A DNA stretch of 63,912 nt, filler included, from Neolecta irregularis DAH-3 (lineage: Eukaryota): assembly GCA_001929475.1 (NCBI GenBank). It is 7 parts of 7 records of this genome, joined end to end, with 100 filler letters (N's around TTAATTAATTAA, not from the genome) between each part and the next. Parts side by side here need not be neighbours in the genome. Positions count along the whole stretch, not along the records: positions 35,030 to 41,210 come from LXFE01000766.1; positions 41,311 to 50,931 come from LXFE01000767.1; positions 51,032 to 56,437 come from LXFE01000769.1; 4 more parts are not named here. The stretch is one strand, 5' to 3'. The stretch's first letter is position 1. Each line of letters starts with the position of its first letter. Under the pieces are notes generated by a model that was not told the DNA's origin, ran no database searches, and was given only the letters and a program-made list of their open reading frames with translations. The position numbers and the translations under genes were made by a program. Positions 38,607 to 51,361 of this stretch are shown here, piece after piece.

Positions 38607-40341
38607 ATGGTTGACTACACCCTATACTTGGTCGCGTCACAGTCATTTCTCCCACCAGGTGTTGACTTGCTTACACAAATTCAGTATGCACTCGAGGGCG
38701 GGATCACAGTTCTTCAACTGCGAGAAAAAGAAATCACCACTGCAGCATTTGTCAGGCTGGCAAAACAAGTCCTTGCTTTGGCTAAAGGATATAATGTGCC
38801 TCTGATTATCAATGACCGGGTGGATGTCATGCTGGCCGTGGATGCAGATGGAGTACACATTGGCCAAGATGACATGGGTAGGGTGCTCTATTCTGCATCG
38901 GTTTAAAGTTTCCCCAGACGCAGCTACAGTTCGACAGCTCATTGGCAGCAAGAAAATCCTAGGAGTTAGCACCAATACAGTAGAAGAAGCACAGAAAGCT
39001 ATCAATAATGGCGCAGATTATATTGGTAAAACTCTGCCTAGATCGTACCTATTGTCAACTTAGGCATTGGAGCTATCTTCCACACCCAGACCAAGGCATT
39101 GACAGTTCCTCCTTGTGGAATTGCAGGATGTAGAGGTATGATCTTTTGGTATACTTCATATACTAAATGCATGACAGAAATTATTAAATACTGCAAATTA
39201 ACCCAGCAATCGAAAATTAAAACTGTTGCAATTGGAGGCATTAATTTGTCAAATATTCAACGAGTGAAGTATCAAACAGCTATCCAGATCCCAAAAGACA
39301 ACATCCAGTTTACTCTTGATGGAGTCGCTGTAGTCACTGCTATAATATCGTCTGCAGATGCCAAATCCGACACAAAAGCGTTGAAAGAATCCTGGAATAG
39401 GGGCATTTGTTCAAGATTAGATTTGAATCTCTGTCCGAGAAACCTAGACACCTTGAAACAAAGAATCGGAAGCATACCTGAGAATGTCCTCAAGACAAAC
39501 CCCTTGATACACCACATAACAAATAATGTCTGTTCTACAGACTATTAGCTGTTTAACAGTATCAGGTGGTCAAGAATTTCTCAGCCAATATTACTCTTGC
39601 TGTTGGAGCTTCTCCGATAATGAGTGAAGAGAGAGCAGAAATAGATGGTATCTTTTAGAGTTCGACACAATCTTACCGTCAGATCTAAGTAGAGCTTCCG
39701 GAGCCTTATTACTCAACATGGGCACTCTCGACACTCAGCGGACAGAAACCATGCTTTATGCGGTAAAGAAAAGCAACGAAAATAAAGTCCCCATTGTGTT
39801 TGATCCAGTAGGTGCAGGAGCGTCTAATTTCAGAGCCAATGCAACTAGAGAGTTTCTAGAGTCGGGAATCATGAATGTTATCAAAGGCAACGAGGGCGAA
39901 TTATTGACGATATTGAAGGGAAAAGGGGCTATGAAAGGTGTTGATTCAATAAGCTGCGGAACTCTCGAAGACAAAGTCCATCTTGTAGAAGAAATTTCTC
40001 TACGGGAACGTACTGTGGTAGTGTGTACGGGAAGACACGACGTGATTAGTGATGGCAGATGTACAGTGGTGTGCTCCAATGGTCATCCTGTACTTGGACA
40101 GGTGACAGGTACTGGCTGCGCTCTGGGAAGCGTTATTGCTGCATGCTGTGCCGTTGAGGAGGATACATTCTCTGCTACTGTTGCGGCTGTGGCTTGGTAT
40201 GGTATTGCAGCAGAGTTGGCAGCGGCAGAATGCAATGGGCCGGGCAGTTTTATGCCTACATTTATTGACCGACTGAGTCAAGTACAAAAAAGCGAGGTTT
40301 CCTTGTGGATGTCGAAAGTTGATCTTGAAATGATTCAATGA
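38607..40341 (+). CDS. THI6: Bifunctional thiamine-phosphate synthase / hydroxyethylthiazole kinase, 5 introns
   Basis: VDYTLYLV, QLREK, INDRVDV, GVHIGQDD, VAIGGI, HHITNN|VVKNFSAN, GASPIM, DPVGAGA, IKGNEGE, TGTGC. Confidence 0.95.
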
Positions 40342-40508
40342 GAAATTTGTTATATCACTACCACTGAGAGGAACGAGGATTTGTGTCCCTGATATGTAGT
40401 TTTGTGCTGCGAGTCTAGAAGCCAATACTGGAACTCAGGACAGGTTGCAATTATTTTCGTGGCACATAGAACGAAAAATATAAAAATGGCCTCAATACTG
40501 TAGATCGT

Positions 40509-40660
40509 TGTCAGCACGCGAACTTGGATTTGGTGCTGCTGAAGGCTCAAGTCGGGTACTCTAGCTCAGTTACTTATGAAAGATGTAACTGGGTATATTG
40601 GATATCTCGTGAGTGGCCTCCCCGCTAATCAGGGTAGGCGCTACTTATATACAAATCTGC
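40509..40660 (-). mobile_element. Partial family B LTR
   Basis: TGTCAGC end; gctaatcagggtaggcgctacttata core. Confidence 0.45.
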
Positions 40661-40699
40661 CCATCTGCACGGTATGAGGACGTATTGGGGCTCGTTATT

Positions 40700-41005
40700 C
40701 CCGAAAACGCTTCTCCTGTCCCCAACCTCCCGGCTGCCTTATCGTTCTCAGCAGACACCTCGTCTATATCGGTTATCTTGCTACAACACCTCCACTCCGC
40801 ATCTCGCTTATTCTCGCTTGCTTCTCCCGCCTACGCCGCCTCCTGCTAGTGCCCGCTAACCGCTGCGCCGCCATGCGTCCGTCGCTGTCTCCCCGCCATG
40901 GCTGCCCTGCGCATCTCCTGCTCCCGCCCTGTCCCACGACTCGGGCGTTTCTGACGGCACCAATCCGCCGCTCCTGCAACGCGTAATCGATCAATAGAGG
41001 ATTGC
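40700..41005. repeat. Dispersed C-rich repeat (MITE/hAT-derived), copy 1
   Basis: cctgtccccaacctcc...cagcagacacctcgtctatatcggttatcttgctacaacacctccactccgcatctcgc highly similar to 55350-55770. Confidence 0.8.
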
Positions 41006-41310
41006 GAAAATTGATATTTCCAGGATTGTCTAGTTTAGCGCAGCGATTGATGTTGTCACATAATTCTCCTCCTGCGAAGAAAAATGGTTGGGTTAAAATA
41101 AGGGACTGCAGCGTAGTTGAGAAACCCGTGTTCATCGATCTCGAGAAAGTGAGCTTGTTTCTGAATGCTAATGAAGAAGCAAATGCCGGGAGTATAGCCG
41201 GGAGTATTGCNNNNNNNNNNNNNNNNNNNNNNNNNNNNNNNNNNNNNNNNNNNNTTAATTAATTAANNNNNNNNNNNNNNNNNNNNNNNNNNNNNNNNNN
41301 NNNNNNNNNN

Positions 41311-41614
41311 TACAATAAGGCCACTAATTAGTGGCTACAGAATATAGTGGCACATTCTATTACATTCCATAACCTTCCACCACTAGACTGCATCTGGTGT
41401 TCATACTAACCACCAGAGCACATTCCTTACAGGTAGTAAGTAAGTAGTCCATGATAGTTAACCATAAATTCTTCTCTGGAAATAAAGGTCATAGCCTGTC
41501 TGACNNNNNNNNNNTAGGGTCTACTCTATATATATATGACAGGGGTGTAGTGTCACATGTGACTATGTGTGTAACCATCACACTGAGCTACACACCTAGC
41601 TAGTCAATCCTTAC
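41311..41614. mobile_element. LTR fragments at the start of the retroelement nest
   Basis: 41311-41504 nearly identical to 42311-42500; CCTTACA LTR ends at 41431 and 41614. Confidence 0.6.
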
Positions 41615-42285
41615 AGGGTGGAGGTGTGAGCATTGGCAAAGATTAATGCCAATGCAGTAGACAAGTTCCTCTATGAGGAGATTTTATGCCAGTTTAGTGA
41701 ACGATTGGTAGTTGATGGGGGTCCTGAAAATAAAGGACTTGTACATGAAATTTGTGAGAAGTACAAGGTAAGGGTTAGAGAAATTAGCCCTTACCAGCCA
41801 CAATCCAATGGGATAGTTGAATGGGGGCATAAGTCTATCATAGATGGACTTGCAAAAATGACAGGAAGTTGGGTGGATAACCTGGCTACAGTGTTGTGGG
41901 CAGAAAGGTTGATGCCTAGGAAGACAATGGGGTATTCCCCATACTTCCTTATGATGGGCTGACATTGCCAAAATATGGCAGATGCAGAATTCGAAGAAAA
42001 AGAGATGGATGAGGTGGAAGATACTCTAGAAGAGCAGTTGAAGTCTGTAAATAATAGTATAGAGTATATAGAAAATGTGGCAGAAAGCTTAAATAAAAAT
42101 AAGCCATGAGAAAAATAAAGATTGGTTTGACAAGGCAAACAAAATAAAATGAGAAAAGAAGCCTTGGAAGAGGGGGACTTGGTTTTGGTTTATGAATCCT
42201 GGTTGGACAAACAATGGTCTAATAAGCTCAGCTTTCAATGGAAAGGTTCATATATCATTGCAACAGTCAACAAAAATGGGTCATA
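41615..42285 (+). pseudogene. Ty3/Gypsy integrase remnant
   Basis: FLYEEILCQF...VDGGPENKG...SPYQPQSNGIVEWGH...GYSPYFL; downstream GDLVLV and W.G.Y.I (GPF/Y-like), with stops. Confidence 0.85.
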
Positions 42286-43199
42286 GTGGGGTCAGCCAAT
42301 TTACTTATAATACAATAAGGCCACTAATTAGTGGCTACAGAATATAGTGGCACATTCTATTACATTCCATAACCTTGCACCACTAGACTGCATCTGGTGT
42401 TCATACTAACCACCAGAGCACATTCCTTACAGGTAGTAAGTAGTCCATGATAGTTAACCATAAATTCTTCTCTGGAAATAAAGGTCATAGCCTGTCTGAC
42501 CTGGGGGTCTCTGAGTTCTATATCTGGTATCCCTTGCTGATCATAAATTTGTCTGATGTAGATTGTAAAGATGTTGGTGACTATTCATCCTGATTCTTTC
42601 TGAAAGATTGAATTAATTGCTTCTTGAATATTTGGAAACTTGAGTTGCTGGAGTCTGATCATTTGTTGCTGATAAAATTCTCTGATATGATTGATTTTCT
42701 CTTCTTCAGTTTGTGCTCCTCTGTTGTGTAGGTGGATTTCTGGTTGAAAATCTGCCAAGGCTCTTCTTCTGTATTTGTTAATGGTATCTGCTGCCATCAT
42801 TCCTAGGATAGGTATTTTGTAAGTATGCTGTACATACTCACAACATTCACAGTGGTCAGCACACAGTGTCATATGACCTGCAATAAATATTACCAGCAGG
42901 ACTTAGAGGAAATCACCAGCAATATTCACCTATGCAGCAAACCAATTATCTCAGCAGATGAAGTACTCCCAGCATCAGAATTTGAAGGCAAATCTAATGG
43001 TCAACCAGGAATCTTATTTTAGGAATGTCCAAGGAGTATCTATCAGTAAACAACAGCAAAACGCGATCATATTCAACTTGACCCTAAGAAATAAAAAAGA
43101 CCATGAAAAGATGTGCCTTGACGAGGGCTTTCCAACGAGCCTAAAATCGTCATGATCAGATGTCTGTAGACCTCACAAATCTAGTTTTAGTGTTCTGGC

Positions 43200-44118
43200 A
43201 GTGGAATTTTGACCCCACCACCACAAACCTAACACCCAACACAATGGATTAGACCTACCCAAACTGGTATTCCTAGATGCTGGATAACTATAGCCATTAT
43301 TTGAGACTCTATTGAGGCAGAAAGATAGAAACTAATATTTTTTTTGGGAGGGGGGGAAGCCATTCCCCATTCTATATAGCCTAGTCTGACTTCCCCTATG
43401 GAAGCGGGCTTTACACCTACTACTTGAATAGATATAGTTACTCTCTCAGTCACTATCATCCATCCACTTGTTAACTTAAAGTCCCATAAGAGAGTTTTAC
43501 CTTCAACAAGACAAAGACTCTCACATATTTCATTCTGTAGTGTTTCTGCTAGGTTTTCAATAAGAAGATCATTGAGGTCTTGATGAACTTCTTCATAACT
43601 TCCAATGCTGATGGTTGATTCTTGAATGTCCAGTGTTGTGTGATAAGATGAGAATCCAACAGTGCTTGATGAATCATTGCTACAACAGGAATAATTGACA
43701 GTTTCAACCAAACACAAACCATACAAGGGCACCTGGAAATCAGAACAGACAAAGAGCAGAACTTTCCTATGCAGATGTTGCATGACAAGCAGGAAAATCT
43801 AAAGCCAAGAATGGACCAGAGATAGTAACAGTTAACCTGTCACTTGGAGGATGAGAGGTACAATGCCTTATTGATACAGGTAGCATTGTCAACTTGTTTG
43901 CCTTGTCCTTTGCACATTTAAACAACTTACATGCAAAATGGTCCAAAGATCCTACAATGCTTAACTTCATAGTCAAGGGCAGCAAAGCAAAGACAACAGC
44001 CGATATTGAGCTGGATACAGCTCACATGAAGCTACCAGAATGGGTATCCAAGCAGAAGTTCCTGATTGCCAACATGAACAATTATGATGCATTACTAGGT
44101 ACACCATTTGTCAGCTGA
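43200..44118 (+). pseudogene. Gypsy gag/protease remnant
   Basis: CLIDTGSIVNL (about 43864) and YDALLGTPFV retropepsin motifs; frameshifts and stops. Confidence 0.7.
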
Positions 44119-44119
44119 A

Positions 44120-45110
44120 TTACCAATAAATGTTTTTAGATAATCTTCTACCACCCAGTTCATCCTTTCAGATAGAGCATCTGTTTGAGGATGGTAGGCA
44201 GTTGAGAGTTTGATGTCAGTGCTGGCTTCCAGAACTCTTGCCAAAATTTCCAGTCAAACTGTGGGCCTCAGTCCAATACAATGGATTTCGGAATGCTATG
44301 CAGGGGGTAATACTGATCTAAAAGTAGTTTGGCAAGATCCTTCCCAGAGCATGTTGTCTTTGAGGGCCAGAAGTGACATCTTCGAGTAGCTCTGTCGATA
44401 ACAGTTAGGATTGCATTGTACCCTTCAATTAGTGGCAGTCCAGTGATGAAATCCATTGTGATTTCTGACCAGCATTCATCTGGGATATCAAGGGGGTGTA
44501 ATAGTCCAGCTCTTTTCCTTGTATCTGCTTTGACTTTAGCACATACTATGCAGGAGTTACAGAAATCTTCGACTTGCTTAGACATCTTTTTCCAGTAAAA
44601 CCTTTTGACCAGAGAGGATAAGAGATTCCTGGGTCCAGGGTGGCCATTCGATGGGTTATTGTGGTAAGTTTTTAGCAGTTCCGGAGTACATTTCTCTGGG
44701 ATGCAAACCCAATTATCCCATAGGAGTAGTCCATCTTGTACATCAAAGTCCTTGAATGTTATTCCTTTCAATAGTTTTCACCAGGTATGCTTCCAATCTG
44801 ACTGAGAGAGCAATTGCCAAACTTTATCCATCCAAGAGTCATTGTTCTCTAACATTACTGCTAGACATTCAAATTCGGTTTTCCTGGAGAGTGCATCAGC
44901 AACAAGGTTAGCTGCTCCAGGGATGTATTCAACTTCGAAGTCCGAGAATTCTGCCATAAATGCTAGTATGTGAATCTGCTTGGGATTGTGTTTAGGTTAC
45001 TTCAGGATATACTGAAGTGCTTTGTGATCAGTTCAGATTGTAAACCTGGCTCTATGTAATAAGAGGCCTAAACTTCTCCAGTGCTTTTCTGATGGCAAAC
45101 AACTCCTTGT
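44120..45110 (-). pseudogene. Gypsy RNase H-integrase remnant (Tf2/chromovirus-like)
   Basis: TDHKAL, YIPGAANLVADALSR, H-x6-GHPG...C-x2-C, ITMDFITGLP, VLD*GPQF, STAYHPQTD. Confidence 0.9.
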
Positions 45111-48100
45111 CATGGGTTGTCCAGTTCTTTTGATGCACATCTAGTTTCTTGGACATGAATTAAGTTTATTGAAGGGGATGTCTTCTCTGTCCATTCCCTC
45201 CTGGGCTTTTCCCAACTCCACAGCAATGATATTTCATTTTCTGCAACTGCTGGATTTCTTCTTGAAGATGAATTTATCAGGAGGTTTGTTTCCAGGGTAG
45301 AAGAAGCAGTTCTTCTTCGTGTGCCCTTTACTGGATTTCTAACCCTGTCAATCAACTTTAATCTCAAATGGGGTCAGCCCTGTTGAGCTGTTCAAGGAGT
45401 TGTTCATCCAAAATTCCATCATTTGTATGTGCTCAGCCCAGTCACTCTGAGACTCATCCACACATGCTCGTAGTATCTGGATAATTGTCTTGTTCAATCG
45501 CTCTGATGCACTATCAGTTTCTGGGTGGAATTCAGTACTCATTCTTAACTATATGCCTATTAATCTGTGTAGTTCTCGCCATAGTTCACCAGTGAATCTT
45601 GGGTCTCTGTCAGAGACTATGGCTTTTGGTAGGCAAAACTGGCAGTACCAATTCTGCCAGAGTATCTTGGCTACTCCTAGTGCTGAGATAGACATCTTTA
45701 TAGGTTCTATCATGAAGAATCAAGATAATCAGTCAGTTACAACAAAACTACCATTGAATCCCCCTGATTGCTGCATTGGACCCAAAAAATCCATTGCAAT
45801 TTCGTCAAACTGTAAATATGGTACTGGTACTGGAAGGGAAGAAAGGAATCCAGCACAAGCCTGGGTTTTCGATTTCACTCTTTGGCACTTATCACAACTT
45901 GTGACATATTTCTTTACCTAGCAAGTCATGTTTGGCCAGATATATCATTCCTGCATGCTGTGCAACGTCTTGTCAAGGTCCAGATGACCCTGCTGGTCAT
46001 GGCATTGTTGCAGCAGTTTGCGACGGATTTGTCCTTTGGGGAGGAGGAGTCAATCACCATGGTAGATAAATTCCTCCTTCTTACTGAAATTCTTATAATG
46101 TTCAGGGTTATTCTCAATCTTCTGAATGAAGTTATCCTGACTGTATTCTTCTCTGAGAAGCTTGGATTCTTCTTGGGAGAGTATACTCTCTGCTATAGTA
46201 ACTGATGCTATAGACATATCAGTCCTTGACAATGTATCAGCAAACAAATATGTTGAGCCAGGAATATACTGGATTTCAAAGTCAAAATTGGTCAACTCCT
46301 CAAGCCATCTACTTTGATGACCTGATAAATTCATCTAACATTGCCAGAATCGCAAACGTTCACAGTCTGCAGAATAATGAATTTATATCCCAATAGCAGG
46401 TGTTTCCATTTCATTAAGGCTCGAATAACAGCTAGCATTTCACGGTCATAGATTGAGTTTTTTGACTCTACCTCACTAAACACTTTGATGTGAATGCTGC
46501 TGGTCATGCTGTATGCCAACCTAGCCCTTGGGATATTACTACCCCACTGCCTCTGTCACAAGCATCACAGATGAGCCAAATCTATTCACTTTGTGCAATA
46601 CGCCTGTGGTCCACTGGCCATAAGTAATCCAATTTGGATATTAATTCTTTTAGAATTCTGAAGGCATTATCTTCAATACTAGTACATCGGAATGGGATAG
46701 TCTTCCTTGTCAGTTGCGATAGTACTGTTGCATGGGCTGCAAGCACAGGAATAAATGGTAATAGGTAGTTGATTAACCTAAGAAATCCTGTGATTGCTCT
46801 ACTGGTTTTTGNNNNNNNNNNAGAATGGGATAGTCTTCCTTGTCAGTTGCGATAGTACTGTTGCATGGGCTGCAAGCGCAGGAATAAATGGTAATAGGTA
46901 GTTGATTAACCTAAGAAATCCTGTGATTGCTCTACTGGTTTTTGGTCTTTTCCACTGGGCTATCTTGTCTACCTTGCCTGTATCTGTCTCCAGGCCCTTC
47001 TTTGTTAACTAACCAATGCCCCAAGAACTCAATTTCTTTAGCAAATAGTACTGATTTCTTTGGGCTAATTGTGATTTGTGTATCCCGTAATACTTTCAAT
47101 ATATTAAATATATTTTGCTTGTACTCCTTTATTGATTCTGAAAAAATAATAATATCATCCAAATATATATAATGGCATATTCTGTTATAAGCTCGTAGTG
47201 TATAATTCATAAATCTTTGGAATATCTCTGGGCTATTGCAAAGTCCCTGTGGCATCACAATCCACGTGAGCACCCAGTACAGAGTTTTGAATGCAGTTTT
47301 GTAAATATCTGGCTAGTACACATGTATTTGATAGTATGCATCTTTCAAATCTATTTTTCCTTTAAACTTTGCATTAGCTACTATCTCTAATAGGTCCATT
47401 TGTATTGAGATTGGTGTACAGTCCTTTACTGTATAATCATTCATTGCTGAATCATCTTTCTTTTCTGTCATCATAGTTGATGATGAATATTAACTCGATG
47501 AATATCATATTTGTCCACACTTAAGTGCATCTTCAAGGAAGCCTTTCAGCTCTGGTTTCCACTTATGTGGAATCTGATAAAGCTTGCCATTGATTGGTAC
47601 TTATGGCTTTTCTATTAGCTTGATATAATGCTTTGGAGCCTCTTTTGGTGGAACTTTGGGTGTAGCAGTATCTCAAAAATATCTTTGAAATGACAACAGT
47701 ATGCCTTTTCTCCTCCAATCTTGGTTCAGTTGGTTCTTGCTCAACATTGGCTGCAGCAACCAAGCAAGGTTCTTTGATTTCAGGGCTCTTTTCCTTGTTA
47801 ACCTTGTCTTGTGGCAAGATAAGGTTGGAGTTAGAATCCTTCATTGTGGCCCACCAGGAGAATGATTTAATTGTAACTTGGAATTTCTTAATAAATGGAT
47901 CACCCAAACTAGCTTCATATTTTTCCAACTGTACAATCAGAAACCTCATCTTTTTCTTAGAAATGAAATTAATCAAAGGAATCTTGATTGGTAACTCAAT
48001 ATACGCCTGGATGATTTCTGAATGTCCATGCAAGGCCTGTGACAATCATAGACCTTGATCTTGGTGCTTTATCTCAACTTTATCCAGTAATTTGTCTGTT

Positions 48101-48660
48101 ACTGTTGATGCAATCAGATTGCAATCTGTGCCTGTGTCAAGGAAAGCCTTATTACCTGACCAGCAACTGTGATTCCCACCATGAGCTTCTGCTTGGTATC
48201 ATGGTATGGTTTTGTTGTTCTGGTAACATGGCAGTAAACAATATCTTTATTTTTTTCATCAGTAGAAACTGACCTAACATTCTTGTGACTATTTATTGAA
48301 AAATCAGATTTTGGTTTTCCAGAGCCTTTCATACACTCTTTGGCATAATGTCCTTGAATTCCACATTTAAGGCATTCATTGTTCTTCATTCTTTGCTTCA
48401 TCTGAGCTTGGTAGCTTGTAACACTTCCAGATCGAACCTTATCTGTGGTATCTCAAGCAACTCCATGATTGACTGCTGATTCCCCATTCAACCCTGCATC
48501 AATGACATGTTGCAAGGTTGTCATTATGGACAAGTGTGCAAGTGTCATTGCAATATTCCATTTAAGTCCATGAGCAAATTTCCAGATCATCAATGGTTCA
48601 GTATAAACACAATGGTCTAACTGAGATAATAATTCTTCAAATTCTGCTGCAGCTCATAAA
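45110..48660 (-). mobile_element. Decayed Ty3/Gypsy element: gag zinc knuckle, protease region, RT, RNase H, integrase
   Basis: CLKCGIQGHYAKEC; MPQGLCNSP...YLDDIIIFS; YDREMLAV..AL.KW; YIPGS...ADTLSR; SDRDPRF; STEFHPETD..SERLN; Gypsy domain order; many stops. Confidence 0.92.
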
Positions 48661-48689
48661 TCAGAACTCTCTGAAGACCCTTAAAAAAC

Positions 48690-49640
48690 TTAAATGGATC
48701 CTGACACGTTTGCATGAATTATGGAGCAAGTATCTGCATCAATTGGCACAGCAGTAGCCTTGGCCATAGACCAGGCAATCATATGAACCCAGGAGCACCA
48801 AGCTGCAAATACTGCAGCCTTGGAAAATAGATTCAATGCTACAGTGGCACAAGTGGTCACTGATGCTGCAAAAACAATAGCCCTTGCAGTCCAAAGGGCT
48901 GCCCACACCCCTCAATTCCCAAAATTCTCAGGAAAGGAGGATGTTAACAACTGGTGGTTTAGTATAGTGGAGATATCTATGGGACATCTATTCGAGATGT
49001 CGGAATTCAAAAGATTGATATTCAAAAGCTTGAATGGATATGCTAAAGAATGGTGGCATGCAAACAAAGATACCCTGGATACCGACACTTTGCTGGAAAT
49101 AATTATCTAGTTGTTTCAAGGAGAGTTCATCCCACAAGGCAACCTGTTCAAGCAGCAATTAGCCTTTGACAACTTAAAAGTCGGCAATTCTATCACCAGA
49201 TTCATCACCTCATTCCAGAAACTGAAACTCCAGGTCGATTACCCATAATCAGACCTCGTCCACTCATTCATTTGGGCTTTCACAAGCTTTCCAGCCTGTC
49301 AAGATAAGTTGATCGACAGAGCACTCGATACAATCTCAGCAGCAATTACAATCACTCACAAATTCGAATTGAAGAAATCCATGGTCAAGGGCCCTAACAG
49401 TGATAGGGTTGTTACACCCCTATGGAAATCGACGAGGTTCAGAAGAAAGGGTATTGTAACTGGTGCAAGTCCAGCAAGGGGCACACAAAGAAAGGTTGTT
49501 TCTTTTACCCTAGCAATAAACCCCCGGACAGCTTTGCCTATAAGAAAAAAGGTGGGGGACGGCAAAGACAAAATGTGAACACTGTTGAATCAGGAAAAGA
49601 GCAAGAGGGAATGGAAGGAGAAGCCATCCCCCCTCAGTAA
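48690..49640 (+). pseudogene. Retrotransposon gag remnant
   Basis: PKFSGKEDVNNW, L.GYAKEWW, zinc knuckle CNWCKSSKGHTKKGC; internal stops. Confidence 0.75.
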
Positions 49641-51361
49641 AATCATCTGACAGTTGTTATATAGATCAATCTATCACTGTCCCAAAACCTTCTCCACCGC
49701 TTGAAATTATGAATGTCACTCTATCCGGTGTCAACAAATTAACTCTTGGGTAGTTCACTGAACCAGGTTATGTAAAGTTAACCAAACTTGCTGAACCTGG
49801 TATACTTTGCAGAACTCCTCAATCCTTCAAGATAACTGATTGGCACTCAGATAACCCAACAATAACAAGAACCCAGAATTTTCCCTTAGATGCTACTTGA
49901 TCCCAATTCAGGACTTAATAACACCTTCAGTAATACTCTGAACTCTATACAAAACTTAACTTGAGACCCAGTAAGGGTTTACAAGTTTACAAACTCCAAA
50001 AACCTTGAATATCCTTTCAGATCATACAAGATGTTAAACCAATACACAAAATTGTTAATGGTAACTCTTGATTGACAGATAAGACTCTAAAGAGTAGATT
50101 CCAAGACTTTTGATGTATAACTTTGAGGTCTTTTCCTAGGCAACCTCAATCCCAACAGATGGCTATCAACCAAGTAGACAGGTTCAACCAAAAGACACAG
50201 ATGTAATAATAGTAACTCTTGTTCTACTGACCCAAGCCAACTGAGTAAACTGTGAACTTTTTATGTGTAACAAAGGTAATTCTTATTGCTGCACAGAAAG
50301 GAACTTTTCTTTCCCCTTCATATATCCTGAGGTCACCTTACCATCGATTTTTGCCAGGACCAATGGAATGTCCTTTTTCCACCAAACACACTCTAAATAC
50401 AAAAATATTTCTAAGTTCCCCAACCACCACCACATTTTCACCACTATCTCGCGATCCGAGTAAGCGAGGTATAACAAACTTTACACCAGCATGTAGAGCA
50501 CATTGAGGCGGACATCCTTTGTCTATAATTCATATGGTGGATCATCGTAGTTAAGGAACCGTTCATGGTTTAATGCATGAATTTCTCTCTTTTTCACATA
50601 AAACATTGGCGTTCTGCTTAATCAATAAGGTAAGGTACCAAAATCTTTACACGCCGGATAGAAATCATCGAGCTGAGTATTGCCGTCCTATATTTGCCAT
50701 GCTGGATCATGGTGGTTAATGAGTTATGGAGCTGTGAAGCAAATATTTTCCTTCAAAACCACCCCAATAGCAGAAGGCTATCTCCAATCATCCATAAACT
50801 GCATTGACGATTGTTCGAGGCAATAGGGAGCATCAAGACGATCCTTTCTGTAGGTTAAAGATAGCAGTTATCTTTCTTCCAGCCAGAGATATTGATCTTT
50901 AAGTTTCCTTGCTGATCTTATCATCCTAATCNNNNNNNNNNNNNNNNNNNNNNNNNNNNNNNNNNNNNNNNNNNNTTAATTAATTAANNNNNNNNNNNNN
51001 NNNNNNNNNNNNNNNNNNNNNNNNNNNNNNNCTTTCTTGAGCCAGCCGGGTTACAATGGACCGGAACTAAAAACATTTACTACATGATACATTGTGAACC
51101 TAAGGACTTCAAAATTAGATTATGCCACCGCATTGATATTCGCAGAACGCTATTTTGCATTCTAAGAGTTCGGTACAAATCCTTGAACTTAGATGGGTGT
51201 TTTTTGGGCGAAAGCAAAATCAACTAATTTCGTCCCTCAATCAGCTTGCTAAGACAGAGCAAGCCTCGAATTAATGTATCTCATTAGAGCAGCGATAAGA
51301 TAATTACAAAACAAATCAGGGTTTGATCAAACGAACTGAAAACACAACAATTACGACCTGG

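Noticed and set aside
36866-40341. TPP riboswitch in the thiamine genes
   Set aside because: No CTGAGA...ACCTGA...TAAT...GCG-AGGGA architecture seen; the introns and spacer are too short.
46691-46945. Near-perfect 120-bp direct repeat around a 10-N gap
   Set aside because: Most likely unmerged overlapping contig ends rather than a real duplication.
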